Assembly: GCA_014361055.1 (NCBI GenBank)
Contig: JACIWI010000133.1
Location: forward strand, 1 to 48,693
Origin: Candidatus Bipolaricaulota bacterium
GTDB taxonomy: Bacteria > Bipolaricaulota > Bipolaricaulia > Bipolaricaulales > Bipolaricaulaceae
Length of the DNA stretch: 48,693 bases
Direction: 5' to 3'
The notes under the pieces were generated by a model, which saw nothing but the letters and a program-made list of their open reading frames with translations, did not search any database and was not told the DNA's origin. Positions within the stretch are counted from its first letter, which is position 1. Each line of letters opens with the position of its first letter. Shown piece by piece: positions 17,257 to 26,246 of the stretch. Position numbers and translations under genes: made by a program.

Positions 17257-17590
17257 CGATGCCTAAGGTGCCAATCTCCGTGGACGCCGGAGAGACCCGT
17301 TCCTCGCTGGGCGGAACGAGGAGTTCCCCCCCACGGGTTCCGCACCCATGCCTGGGGAGACCGCCTCCTTGAACTTCCCGCGGTTTTCCACCGCCGGCCA
17401 GGTGCTCCAGGTGCTTGTGTAGCTTAACTTCGTGGAGTTATTCTATTGGGGCCAAGACCAAGGGCTTCGCGGTCCGGGCGTGGTCGCCGGCGAGGGGTGC
17501 GACCTCGAGCTCTGGTTGGCCGGGGTCCCGGACGGGTTTCATCAGCTTGCCATCGGAGGTGAACACGGGGCTATGCCCTAGCCCCAACAC

Positions 17591-18799
17591 ATGGAACCAG
17601 TTGGCATCGAACGGTATGTGCAGCACGTGGGCGAAGAGCTGGTGGCGGCCGTGTTCAAGGCGGCCCGGCCCCTGTACGGGCTGCGGGTGCTCGAGGTGAA
17701 CGCCACCTTCCACGGCGGCGGGGTGGCGGGGATGCTTCATTCCCTGGTCCCACTGATGAACGACGTGGGGGTCAACGCCGACTGGAGCCTTCTCTACGGC
17801 GATCCCTCCCTGTTCCAGGTCACGAAGAAGCTCCACAACGCCCTCCAGGGGGAGCCCGTGTCCCTGAATGAGCAGGACATGGCGAACTACCTGCGCGTGA
17901 ACGAGGCGTTCGCCCGGTACAGTCCAGTCGCCGCTGGCTACGACGTGATCATCGTCCACGATCCTCAACCCCTCCCCATGATCCGGTATCTGCAAAAAGG
18001 GAACCCGTGGGTGTGGCGGTGCCACATCGACCTCTCCACCCCTCATGAGCCGGTGTGGGAGACGCTCAAACCGTTCATCCTCCGCTACGATGCGGTGGTG
18101 GTCTCGTCGGAGGCGTTCCGCAAGCCGGACCTTGCGGTGGAGACCCACGTCATTCCCCCGGCCATCGACCCCTTATCCGAGATCAACCGGGAACTCTCCG
18201 AGGCCGAGGTGGGGCGGAAGCTCGACCAATACGCGATCCCCCGCGACAAGCCCATCCTCCTCCAGGTGTCGCGGTTCGACAAGTGGAAGGACCCGCTCGG
18301 GGTGCTCCAGGTGTTCCAGCGGGTGAAGGAGGCGGTGGACTGCCGGCTGGTGATGGTGGGGAACATGGCCACCGATGACCCCGAGGGACCGGAGATCTTC
18401 GCCCAGGTAGCGCGGCAGGTGGGGGCAATGGAGGACGTGCACCTCATCACCCAAACCGACGCCCTCCTCGTGAACGCCCTCCAGGAGGCGGCAGCGGTGG
18501 TGCTCCAGCTCTCCCGGCGGGAGGGATTCGGCCTCACCGTGTCCGAGGCCCTGTGGAAGAGGACGCCGGTGGTGGCGACCAACGTGGGGGGGATCCCGCT
18601 CCAGGTGATCCATGGCCAGACCGGGTATCTCGTGGAGCCAGGGGACTACGACGGGGCGGCGGCGCAGGTGGTAAAGCTCCTTCAAGACCCGGAGCTTCGG
18701 CACAAGCTTGGCAGCCAGGGCCAGGCCCACGTGCGTGAGCACTTCCTGATGCCCCGCTTGCTCTTGGACTGGCTGCGGCTGCTCGCGGAACTCGTGTGA
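17591..18799 (+). CDS. treT: trehalose glycosyltransferring synthase TreT (GT4)
   Basis: Strong motif agreement with archaeal TreT, as recalled from memory: FHGGGVAGMLHSLVPL, HDPQP, WRCHIDLS, QVSRFDKWKDP, DDPEGPEIF, REGFGLTVSEALWK, GGIPLQVIHGQTGYLV. Confidence 0.85.
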   Translation: MEPVGIERYVQHVGEELVAAVFKAARPLYGLRVLEVNATFHGGGVAGMLHSLVPLMNDVGVNADWSLLYGDPSLFQVTKKLHNALQGEPVSLNEQDMANYLRVNEAFARYSPVAAGYDVIIVHDPQPLPMIRYLQKGNPWVWRCHIDLSTPHEPVWETLKPFILRYDAVVVSSEAFRKPDLAVETHVIPPAIDPLSEINRELSEAEVGRKLDQYAIPRDKPILLQVSRFDKWKDPLGVLQVFQRVKEAVDCRLVMVGNMATDDPEGPEIFAQVARQVGAMEDVHLITQTDALLVNALQEAAAVVLQLSRREGFGLTVSEALWKRTPVVATNVGGIPLQVIHGQTGYLVEPGDYDGAAAQVVKLLQDPELRHKLGSQGQAHVREHFLMPRLLLDWLRLLAELV

Positions 18800-18841
18800 C
18801 GGACGGAGCCCGCGGCCATCTCCCCGGCTTTCGGACTGGGA

Positions 18842-19591
18842 TTAGGCGGCCCGGGCGATGGCCCAAAATTCGTCCGGATCCAAGGACGCCCCGCCCACCA
18901 GGGCCCCGTCGATGTCGGGGAGCGCCAGGAACTCCCGGGCGTTGCCCGGCTTCACCGACCCCCCGTACTGGATGCGGATCCCTTCGGCGACCTTCCCGAA
19001 CGCCTGCTGCAGCCAGGCCCGGATGCGGCCTGCCATCGCCTGGGCGTCCTCCGGTCGGGCGGGGACCCCGGTGCCGATCGCCCACACCGGCTCGTAGGCG
19101 ATCACCAGGTTCCGCCCGTCCGCGAGGGCAACCCCAGCCAAGGCCGCGGCGAGCTGACGTTCCACCACCGCCCACGCCCGGCCGGCCCGCCGCTCGTCCA
19201 GGGTCTCCCCCACGCACAGGATGGGTACCAACCCATGACCCAACGCCGCCCGGACTTTGGCCCCCACGAACGCGTCGCTTTCGCCAAACAGGTGTCGGCG
19301 CTCGGAGTGGCCGCAGATGAGAAAGCGTGCCCCGAGGTCGGCCACCTGGGCCACGGACACCTCCCCGGTAAACGCGCCCTGGTGCTCCGGGTGGGCGTTC
19401 TGTGCTCCCCAGGCGATGGGCGTTCCGGAAAGGAGCCTTCCCGCCATGGGAATGGCGGTGAACGACGGGAACACCACCAGCTCCACCGGAGGCTTCTCCC
19501 CCACCAGTTCCACCAGGCGCTTGAGGTACGCCTCGGCCTCGCTCACTGTCTTGTGCATCTTCCAGTTGGCGGCGACGATCGGCACCCGCAT
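18842..19591 (-). CDS. tpiA: triosephosphate isomerase
   Basis: Conserved start MRVPIVAANWKMHKT (residue 11 of the listed ORF), then ICGHSERR, AYEPVWAIGTG and GGASLDPDEF. Confidence 0.9.
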   Translation of the reverse strand: MRVPIVAANWKMHKTVSEAEAYLKRLVELVGEKPPVELVVFPSFTAIPMAGRLLSGTPIAWGAQNAHPEHQGAFTGEVSVAQVADLGARFLICGHSERRHLFGESDAFVGAKVRAALGHGLVPILCVGETLDERRAGRAWAVVERQLAAALAGVALADGRNLVIAYEPVWAIGTGVPARPEDAQAMAGRIRAWLQQAFGKVAEGIRIQYGGSVKPGNAREFLALPDIDGALVGGASLDPDEFWAIARAA

Positions 19592-19607
19592 CCATCCCCC
19601 TTTCCGA

Positions 19608-19637
19608 TTGACAAGCCCCATCCTAAACGCCTATGAT
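19608..19637 (+). promoter_or_regulatory. putative sigma70-type promoter TTGACA-18-TATGAT upstream of the SPFH gene
   Basis: Seen in the tpiA/SPFH divergent intergenic region. An AAGGAGGGG Shine-Dalgarno precedes the ATG at 19663. Confidence 0.4.
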
Positions 19638-19662
19638 GGCCCAGACAACCAAGGAGGGGACG

Positions 19663-20412
19663 ATGGGCACAACGGTTGCGATTATCGTGGCGCTGGTGTT
19701 GCTGTTCTTCGCCAGCGCCATCAAGATCGTGCGAGAGTACGAGCGGGGCGTGATCTTCCGCCTCGGGCGGTTGGTGGGGGCCAAGGGGCCGGGACTGTTC
19801 CTCATCATTCCCATCGTGGACAAGATGGTGAAGGTGGACCTCAGGACGATCACCTTGGACGTGCCGCCCCAGGAGGTCATTACCCGGGACAACGTGCCGG
19901 TGAACGTGAACGCGGTCGTGTACTTCCGGGTCATGGACCCCCAGGCGGCGGTGGTCGAGGTCCTCGACTTCATCGAGGCCACCCGCCAGATCTCCATGAC
20001 CACCCTCAGGTCCGTGCTCGGGAAGGTTGAGCTCGACGACATCCTGTCCGAGCGGGAGAAGCTCAACCGCGAGCTCCAGGAGATCATCGACGAGCACACC
20101 GACCCGTGGGGGATCAAGGTCATCACGGTGGAGATCAAGGACGTCAAGATCCCCACCGACATGCAGCGGGCCATCGCCCGTCAGGCGGAGGCGGAGCGGG
20201 AACGGCGGAGCAAGATCATCAATGCGGAGGGGGAACTCCAGGCCGCGGAGAAGCTGCGGGAGGCGGCGGAGATCATGCAGCGGTCGGCGGGAGCGCTCCA
20301 GCTCCGGTATCTGCAGACCCTGTCCGAGATCGCCACCGAGAACGCGACCACGATCGTGTTCCCGGTGCCCATCGACCTCCTCACTGCCCTGCGTGGGCGC
20401 GACCAAGGTTGA
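19663..20412 (+). CDS. SPFH/band-7 (stomatin-like, slipin) membrane protein
   Basis: N-terminal TM helix, then an SPFH domain ([11 protein letters not shown]...[29 protein letters not shown]) and a coiled-coil tail. Confidence 0.85.
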   Translation: MGTTVAIIVALVLLFFASAIKIVREYERGVIFRLGRLVGAKGPGLFLIIPIVDKMVKVDLRTITLDVPPQEVITRDNVPVNVNAVVYFRVMDPQAAVVEVLDFIEATRQISMTTLRSVLGKVELDDILSEREKLNRELQEIIDEHTDPWGIKVITVEIKDVKIPTDMQRAIARQAEAERERRSKIINAEGELQAAEKLREAAEIMQRSAGALQLRYLQTLSEIATENATTIVFPVPIDLLTALRGRDQG

Positions 20413-21146
20413 GGGTCTGCGCGCTGGGGAGCGGATCGGCGGGGAACGCCCTCCTCGTGGAGGGCCCGCGGGGGCTGCTCCTCGTCGACGCCGGCCTTTC
20501 GTGGCGGGACCTGCGGGCGCGGGCGGGTCGGGCCGGGTTCTCCTTGGAGGGCCTCCGATGGGCGGTCGTGACCCACGACCACGCCGACCACGTGCGCGGG
20601 CTGGAGCCGCTCCTCCGCCGGGGGGTGGAGATCGCTGCCAGTGCAGGTACCCTCCGCGCCCTCGGGATCGCGGGGACCCCGCTTCAGCCGGGGTTGGAAC
20701 TCGCGGGGATTAAGCTGTTTTCGTTCCCGGTCAGCCACGATGCCGCCCAGCCAGTGGGACTGAGGCTTGAGGTGGACGGGGCCCGGGTCGGGATCGCCAC
20801 CGACCTCGGCCAGGTCACCGAGGCGGTGCTGTCCTCGCTCCGGGGATGCCAGGTGCTGGTGGTGGAGGCCAACCACGACCTCGGGATGCTCCTCGCCGGG
20901 CCCTATCCGTGGCCCTTGAAGCTGCGGATCCTGGGGCCGGAGGGGCACCTCGCCAACGACGAGACCGGGCGGGCGCTCACGCTCCTCAGGGGCGATGGCC
21001 TCCGGGCGGTGCTCCTCGCCCACCTCTCCCAAGAGAACAACACCCCGGCGCTGGCGCTGGAGACGGTGGCCCGGGCATTGCCGGGCTGGGATGGGCACCT
21101 TTACTTGACCTATCCGGACCGGCCGAGCGCGGTGGTGTCCTCGTAA
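20409..21146 (+). CDS. MBL-fold metallo-hydrolase
   Basis: TTG start overlaps the SPFH stop. [18 protein letters not shown]...[10 protein letters not shown] motifs. Confidence 0.75.
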   Translation: MRVCALGSGSAGNALLVEGPRGLLLVDAGLSWRDLRARAGRAGFSLEGLRWAVVTHDHADHVRGLEPLLRRGVEIAASAGTLRALGIAGTPLQPGLELAGIKLFSFPVSHDAAQPVGLRLEVDGARVGIATDLGQVTEAVLSSLRGCQVLVVEANHDLGMLLAGPYPWPLKLRILGPEGHLANDETGRALTLLRGDGLRAVLLAHLSQENNTPALALETVARALPGWDGHLYLTYPDRPSAVVSS

Positions 21147-22786
21147 GGGCGCACGATCCCCAGTCCCGCCATCCCCCGCACGATCGCCCCCACTGTGGGC
21201 ACAGCGGTGCTGCCGCTCCAGAACTCCTCGGAGCGGCTCGTCTGGTAGACCACCATCACCACGTACTCCGGGTTGTCCCACGGGAAGAAGGCGGCCATGG
21301 CGGCGGTGACGTGGCCTGGGACGTACCCCCGTCCGGGGAGGGCGATCTGGGCGGTGCCGGACTTCCCCCCCACCTTGAACCCGGGCACGGCCGCGAGGTT
21401 TCCGGTGCCCGTGTTTACCGCGTACCCCAGGATCTCCCGCATCGTCGCGCACGCCTCCGCCGAAGCCACCCGCCCCCTCGCCTCAGGTGGGCCTTGGACC
21501 AGGTACGGACGGTACAGGGTCCCCCCGTTGGCCAGGGCGCAGTACGCCGCCCCCAGTTGCACCCCGGTCACGGCCACCCCCTGGCCGAACGAAGCCGTGG
21601 CCAGGTCCACCTCCGTCCACCGCTCCGGCGGGCGCAGGATGCCCGCGGACTCCCCGGGCAGGCCCACCCCGGTCGGGCGTCCGAACCCCATCCGGCTGAG
21701 GTAGGCATAAGTCCGCTCGATGCCCAGCCGCCCGGCAACCTGGACGAGCACGGTGTTGATGGACTGGGCCATGGCCGCCCTGAACGTGCGGAGCCCGTAG
21801 CTCTTGCCCTCGGCATTGCGGATGGGGACCCCGGCCACGAGGATCGGGGAATCCCCGGAGAACGTGTCCTCCGGGCCGACCAATCCCAGATCCACCGCGG
21901 CCAGCCCGATCAGCGACTTGAACGTCGAGCCCGGCTCGAACGCGTCCGTCACCGCCCACGCGTGGAGGAGGCTCGGGTCAGGACGGTCGAGGTCGTACCG
22001 TGGGGCCTGGGCGAGGGCGAGGATGGCCCCGGTGCGGGGATCCATGACCAGGGCGAACCCCCGATCCGCCACGTACTTCTGGACCCCTTGGGTGACTTCC
22101 TGCTCGCAGATCCACTGGATCCGGGCGTCCAGCGTGAGGTGCAGATCCTTCCCCGGACATCCGGGATCCTCCTCCCACAGATCGTACACCCGGCCATCGC
22201 GGCTGCGCAGGAGCCGCAGTCGGCGCGGTTTCCCCCGCAGCGTCTCATCGTAAGCATACTCCAGCCCGTCCAGTCCCTGTCCGTCCACCCCCACGACCCC
22301 CAACACGGCCAGGGCCAGCGGTCCCTGGGGGTAGACCCGCTTCCAGGTGTTGAAGAACATGAGGCCGTGGATGCCCAGTTCCACCGTCCGGCGCCGGAAG
22401 CGCGCTCCCACCTCCCGGTCCACGCCCCGAGCGAGCCACGTGAAATAGGCGGCGCGGTACACCTTGTCCGTCGCAGTCTCGCGCGCCATTCCGAGCTCCT
22501 CCACGAGCAGGTCCACCAGGAGCTCGGGTTTGGTCACGTGGAAGCCGTCGAGGGCGATGGAGTAGGCAGGGACATCACAAGCCAACGGACTGCCGTGGCG
22601 GTCGTAGATGGTGCCTCGACGGGCGGGGAGTTCGATCACGTCTTCCTGCACGGACTGGGCCACAGTCACCCACCGCCCGTGTTCCACCACCTGGAGTTGA
22701 ACCAGGCGCCCCACCACGGCCAGCCCCCCCAGCGCCAGGAGGAGGAACACGACCGTGGCCCGCTTAATGCTTGCCTCCTTGGTCAT
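21110..22786 (-). CDS. ftsI: peptidoglycan D,D-transpeptidase FtsI (class B PBP)
   Basis: 558 aa with an N-terminal TM helix, then STFK, SIN and KSGT-like motifs. Sits downstream of ftsL and rsmH. Confidence 0.85.
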   Translation of the reverse strand: MTKEASIKRATVVFLLLALGGLAVVGRLVQLQVVEHGRWVTVAQSVQEDVIELPARRGTIYDRHGSPLACDVPAYSIALDGFHVTKPELLVDLLVEELGMARETATDKVYRAAYFTWLARGVDREVGARFRRRTVELGIHGLMFFNTWKRVYPQGPLALAVLGVVGVDGQGLDGLEYAYDETLRGKPRRLRLLRSRDGRVYDLWEEDPGCPGKDLHLTLDARIQWICEQEVTQGVQKYVADRGFALVMDPRTGAILALAQAPRYDLDRPDPSLLHAWAVTDAFEPGSTFKSLIGLAAVDLGLVGPEDTFSGDSPILVAGVPIRNAEGKSYGLRTFRAAMAQSINTVLVQVAGRLGIERTYAYLSRMGFGRPTGVGLPGESAGILRPPERWTEVDLATASFGQGVAVTGVQLGAAYCALANGGTLYRPYLVQGPPEARGRVASAEACATMREILGYAVNTGTGNLAAVPGFKVGGKSGTAQIALPGRGYVPGHVTAAMAAFFPWDNPEYVVMVVYQTSRSEEFWSGSTAVPTVGAIVRGMAGLGIVRPYEDTTALGRSG

Positions 22787-23114
22787 CGTCCAGGGTCAGG
22801 TATCGGGTGCGCTTGGCATCGAACGGGCCCATGCCGAGCTCCCGGGCCCGCGCGGCGATCACGTCCGGGGCGTAGGCCCGTGCGCGTTGGTACTCCAGGT
22901 AGATCCGGGTCCGCTCCAGCTCCTCCACGGCGAGCAGGGCCTGGGCTCGCTCCGTCCGGAGCTGGACGAGGATGGCTCCCTGCCACAGGTACAGGAACAC
23001 CAGCCCGGCCACGACGATCCCCGCCCCGATCACGGCCAGAACGTCCGCCCACAGGGCGGGCATCGCCCTCGCCCGCACACGGCGGGCCACCGCTTCCTGC
23101 ACGACCGGCCGCAT
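22764..23114 (-). CDS. ftsL: cell division protein FtsL-like (septum formation initiator family)
   Basis: Small bitopic protein with a TM helix, a coiled coil and a C-terminal ...ARARELGMGP motif. Position between rsmH and ftsI. Confidence 0.65.
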   Translation of the reverse strand: MRPVVQEAVARRVRARAMPALWADVLAVIGAGIVVAGLVFLYLWQGAILVQLRTERAQALLAVEELERTRIYLEYQRARAYAPDVIAARARELGMGPFDAKRTRYLTLDDDQGGKH

Positions 23115-23146
23115 CGCAACAAGGGTAGATCAGGCTGGCCTCTGGC

Positions 23147-24058
23147 TCAGGGACAGGTGACCAGACCGGGGGCGACCTCGGGCACCCGTGCGGCGCGGAG
23201 CTTGGCCGACCGCGCCCGGGGGTTCCGGGCCACCTCGTCCGGGCCCGGCTGGATCGGCTTCTTCGTGAGGACCTCCAGCCGGCCGGCCAGGGCTGCCTGG
23301 CGGAAGGCGTGCTTGACGACCCGGTCCTCGAGGGAATGGAACGAGATCGCGCACACCACCCCGCCGGGCCGGAGGCGGGACAGGGCAGCGGCGAGGCCCG
23401 CCTCCAGGGCGGCGAGCTCGTCGTTCACGGCGATCCTCAGGGCCTGGAAGGTCCGGGTTGCGGGGTGGATGCGGTGATGGCCCGGGGGGTAGAGGCGGGC
23501 TACGAGGCGGGCCAGCTCTCCGGTGGTGCGGATGGGGCGGGCCCGCACCACCTCCCGGGCGATCCGCCGGGCGTGCCGCTCCTCCCCGTATTCCCAAAGG
23601 ATGCGGGCCAGTTCCCGCTCTGGGAGCCGGTTCACGAGGTCGTCAGCTGTGACGGCTCCCCCGGGGTCCATCCGCATGTCCAAGGGGCCATCGGCCTGAA
23701 ACGAGAACCCCCGCTCCGGCTGGTCCAGCTGGAGGGAGGAGACCCCGAGGTCGAACAGGAACCCATCGGCCCTGGCCACCCTTAGTCGGGTCAGGATATC
23801 CTGGAGGTCCCGGAAGTCCCCGTGCACGAGGCGTACCCTGTCCCCAAACGGGGAAAGCCGGTCCTGGGCGACCTTGAGCGCTTCCGGATCCCGGTCGACC
23901 CCCACCACCGCCGCCCCGCGGGCGAGGAGGGCCTCGGCGTGGCCGCCGGTGCCCACGGTGGCATCGACGAAGAGCTTTCCCGGGCCGGGTGCGAGGAAGG
24001 CGAGCGCCTCCGCCACCAGCACCGGCTCATGCCAGGTCTCGTAGCCATCGCCGGACAT
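23147..24058 (-). CDS. rsmH: 16S rRNA (cytosine1402-N4)-methyltransferase RsmH (MraW)
   Basis: Conserved start MSGDGYETWHEPVLV (residue 69 of the listed ORF), then DATVGTGGHA, FDLGVSS and ISFHSLEDR. Confidence 0.9.
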   Translation of the reverse strand: MSGDGYETWHEPVLVAEALAFLAPGPGKLFVDATVGTGGHAEALLARGAAVVGVDRDPEALKVAQDRLSPFGDRVRLVHGDFRDLQDILTRLRVARADGFLFDLGVSSLQLDQPERGFSFQADGPLDMRMDPGGAVTADDLVNRLPERELARILWEYGEERHARRIAREVVRARPIRTTGELARLVARLYPPGHHRIHPATRTFQALRIAVNDELAALEAGLAAALSRLRPGGVVCAISFHSLEDRVVKHAFRQAALAGRLEVLTKKPIQPGPDEVARNPRARSAKLRAARVPEVAPGLVTCP

Positions 24059-24947
24059 CGTCGATCCCCTCCCAGGCCTCTTCCTGCAGGCGCTCCCGGG
24101 TCCGATCCAAGGCCCGCGCCCACCCGGGCGAGAGCACCGTCTCCCATTGTCCCTCATCCTCAGGCAGGCGGGGCACGGCACGAGGAAGGTCCCTCTCCAC
24201 CAAGTCGAGGAAGGATTCCACTTTTGGGGCGTACGGGACGGCGAGGAACGGGGTCCCGCCAAGGAGGGCGAGCTCCAGGGCGTGGAGGCGGGTTCCGATC
24301 AGAAGAGGAGCCTGGGCGAGGAGGTCGAGCGCCTCCCGCGGGCCTGCCGGGACGACGAGGGGCAGCTCGGGCAGGGCCCGCTCGTCCTCGCCCCGGGCCA
24401 AGACCAGCCCCAACGGATGGGTCTCCAACCGGTCCGCGATCCGCTGGGCCGCGGTAAGGGCGCGATCCCGAATCGAGCGGGGGAGCGCGGGGACCAGGTT
24501 CACAAGGACCGGCCCGCCGCCACGGTGGGAGACCGGGGGGAGGGCCAGAACGGGGTCGCGGCCTTCTCGGGCGGGGATCCCGAGCCCGGCGAGGGCCTCC
24601 CGGGACAATGGGTCGCGCACGGAGAGGAAGTCCACGTTGGGCAGGACGGCCCGGAGGACCCGGCGGGAGAGGGGGGAACGCACGTCCACCCCCACGCAGG
24701 CGAGCCCCACCGGCCGCGGGGCGGCCCGGATGGCGAGAGCGTAGAAGAGGAGCGACCGGCGGGAGGTGCGGTCCTGGAGGATGCCCCCGGTGAAGAGGGT
24801 GGGGGCCCTTCGGCTGGGAAGGCGGGGCGGGGCGAGGGGGCGCACGGTCCACTCTGGGGCAAGGAGCTCCGTCCACGCCTCCCGGATCGCCTCGTCCCCA
24901 AGGTTCCCGTGCCCGAAGTACCCGTAGAGCACGATCGCGCGGGCCAC
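24027..24947 (-). CDS. polysaccharide pyruvyl transferase family protein (CsaB-like)
   Basis: N-terminal YGYFGHGNLGDEAI motif, 306 aa. It occupies the position where mraZ usually sits. Confidence 0.65.
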   Translation of the reverse strand: MARAIVLYGYFGHGNLGDEAIREAWTELLAPEWTVRPLAPPRLPSRRAPTLFTGGILQDRTSRRSLLFYALAIRAAPRPVGLACVGVDVRSPLSRRVLRAVLPNVDFLSVRDPLSREALAGLGIPAREGRDPVLALPPVSHRGGGPVLVNLVPALPRSIRDRALTAAQRIADRLETHPLGLVLARGEDERALPELPLVVPAGPREALDLLAQAPLLIGTRLHALELALLGGTPFLAVPYAPKVESFLDLVERDLPRAVPRLPEDEGQWETVLSPGWARALDRTRERLQEEAWEGIDDVRRWLRDLA

Positions 24948-24994
24948 ACTGGGAGTATACGGCGGTGATCTGAACGCACAGGGGCGCCAGGGGC

Positions 24995-25154
24995 ATGCTG
25001 CGGGTCTACGAGGCTGCGATGGAGCGCGGGTATACGCTGAGCAAGATCGGGCGGGCGCTGGGCCTCCACTTCACCGTGAGCAAGGTCGTCCGCCGTCGGA
25101 AAGGACAAACGCGGTCACAGGCCGAGACCTGGCCTCTTCGCCTGCTCCCGGCGG
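24995..25154 (+). pseudogene. possible remnant of a resolvase/transposase-type HTH (first about 40 codons only look protein-like)
   Basis: MLRVYEAAMERGYTLSKIGRALGLHFTVSKVVRRR resembles an HTH_7/Hin-like helix-turn-helix. The rest of the 96-codon ORF is low-complexity and overlaps the ArsR gene antisense. Confidence 0.2.
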
Positions 25155-25442
25155 TCACGGCGACGCGCCCGGGATCCGAAGGAAGTCGAGGAACGCGCGC
25201 ATCTGTTGGGCGATGCGCTCCTTGTTTATGGAGTAGTAGTGAAGCTGGGCCTGTGCGCGCACGTTCACCAGTCCGTGGAGCCTGAGGAGCTGCAGATGGC
25301 GGGACACGGTGGGCTCCTTCAATCCCAACCGGCGGGCGATCTCCTCCACCGCGAGCTCCCCGTGCTCGGCCAACAGCTGGAGCATTCGGTTTCGGGATCC
25401 CGCGCTGAAACACTTGAAGAAGGCTGCATACCGGTCCGGCAC
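25155..25442 (-). CDS. ArsR/SmtB-family transcriptional regulator
   Basis: YAAFFKCFSAGSRNRMLQLLAEHGELAVEEIARRLGLKEPTVSRHLQLLRLHGLV. The likely start is the GTG at 25442 with a GGAAGGAGG Shine-Dalgarno 5 nt upstream; the listed ATG at 25520 lies in the promoter region. Confidence 0.8.
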   Translation of the reverse strand: MPDRYAAFFKCFSAGSRNRMLQLLAEHGELAVEEIARRLGLKEPTVSRHLQLLRLHGLVNVRAQAQLHYYSINKERIAQQMRAFLDFLRIPGASP

Positions 25443-25520
25443 GGGTTCCTCCTTCCGCTCGTGCGTTTTCCCACGCTGGCTGCGGGATCGCAGCCCTTGA
25501 CGTGAGAGCCGGCAGTCCAT

Positions 25521-25586
25521 TATACTACATGCACTGTTAGCTATGTGTACAGTTAGCTAAATTGCTTTTCAAAAGGAGGCCGCGGG
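25521..25586. promoter_or_regulatory. AT-rich divergent promoter/operator with palindromic TTAGCTA-N9-TTAGCTA element
   Basis: Sequence tatactacatgcactgTTAGCTAtgTGTACAgTTAGCTAaattgc. TAGCTA is self-complementary and the spacer contains TGTACA. A TATAAT box faces the ArsR gene and an AAAGGAGG Shine-Dalgarno faces the DUF192 gene. Confidence 0.45.
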
Positions 25587-26138
25587 ATGCCGGAACAGGA
25601 GATGGTGCGGGACTGGCGGAGGATGGCGAAGTTCGCCGCCCTGGTGGTGTTGGTGGCCGGGGTGGCGTTCCTGGTGGGCCTATATGGGGTGGCCCCCAGC
25701 CTCGCCCGGGGCGGGGATGCGTATGTGCCGGCGGCCCTGGCGGCGATGCCCCCGGCGGTGGTCCAGGTGACCAACCCGGACGGAACGACAGCCCTCCTCG
25801 TCGTGCGGCTCGCGGAGACCGCCGATGCCAGGACGGCCGGGCTGCGCGGGGTCGGGCTGCGGGTCCTGGACGCGAAGCTCCTCCTCTACGCCCACCCGCG
25901 AGAACAGACGGTGCGGACCACCTACAACATGGAGGGGATTCGCGCTCCGCTGGAACTGGCGATCATCGGCGCCGACGGGACCGTGGTGGCGATCAGGAAG
26001 GTGGCCATGGGAACCCAGTCGGTGGACGTTACCGAACGGCACCGCTGGGTGCTCGCGGCGCAGGACGGCCTGTTCCGCCACCTCGGGATCGCCGTGGGGT
26101 CCAAGCTCGACCCGGCGACCATCCGCAAGCTCCGCTGA
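25587..26138 (+). CDS. DUF192-family protein (probably secreted/membrane-anchored)
   Basis: N-terminal hydrophobic segment. Core LLVVRLAETADARTAGLRGV...EGIRAPLELAIIGADGTVVAI fits the DUF192 (COG1430) pattern. Confidence 0.55.
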   Translation: MPEQEMVRDWRRMAKFAALVVLVAGVAFLVGLYGVAPSLARGGDAYVPAALAAMPPAVVQVTNPDGTTALLVVRLAETADARTAGLRGVGLRVLDAKLLLYAHPREQTVRTTYNMEGIRAPLELAIIGADGTVVAIRKVAMGTQSVDVTERHRWVLAAQDGLFRHLGIAVGSKLDPATIRKLR

Positions 26139-26246
26139 ACGAGTCCGGCCCGGGCGGCCGTGGGGTCGGCCCTTCTGTCCCTTGGCGATGTGGCCTTTTG
26201 GCGTGTCTATTCCTCACGGCGACCGGGCTTGTCCGAAAGTAGGCCC

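Noticed and set aside
17257-17590. Possible small RNA or riboswitch in the 330-bp spacer before treT
   Set aside because: Only a weak inverted repeat (GCGGAAC...GTTCCGC) and an AT-richer promoter-like segment were seen. No conserved riboswitch core was recognised.
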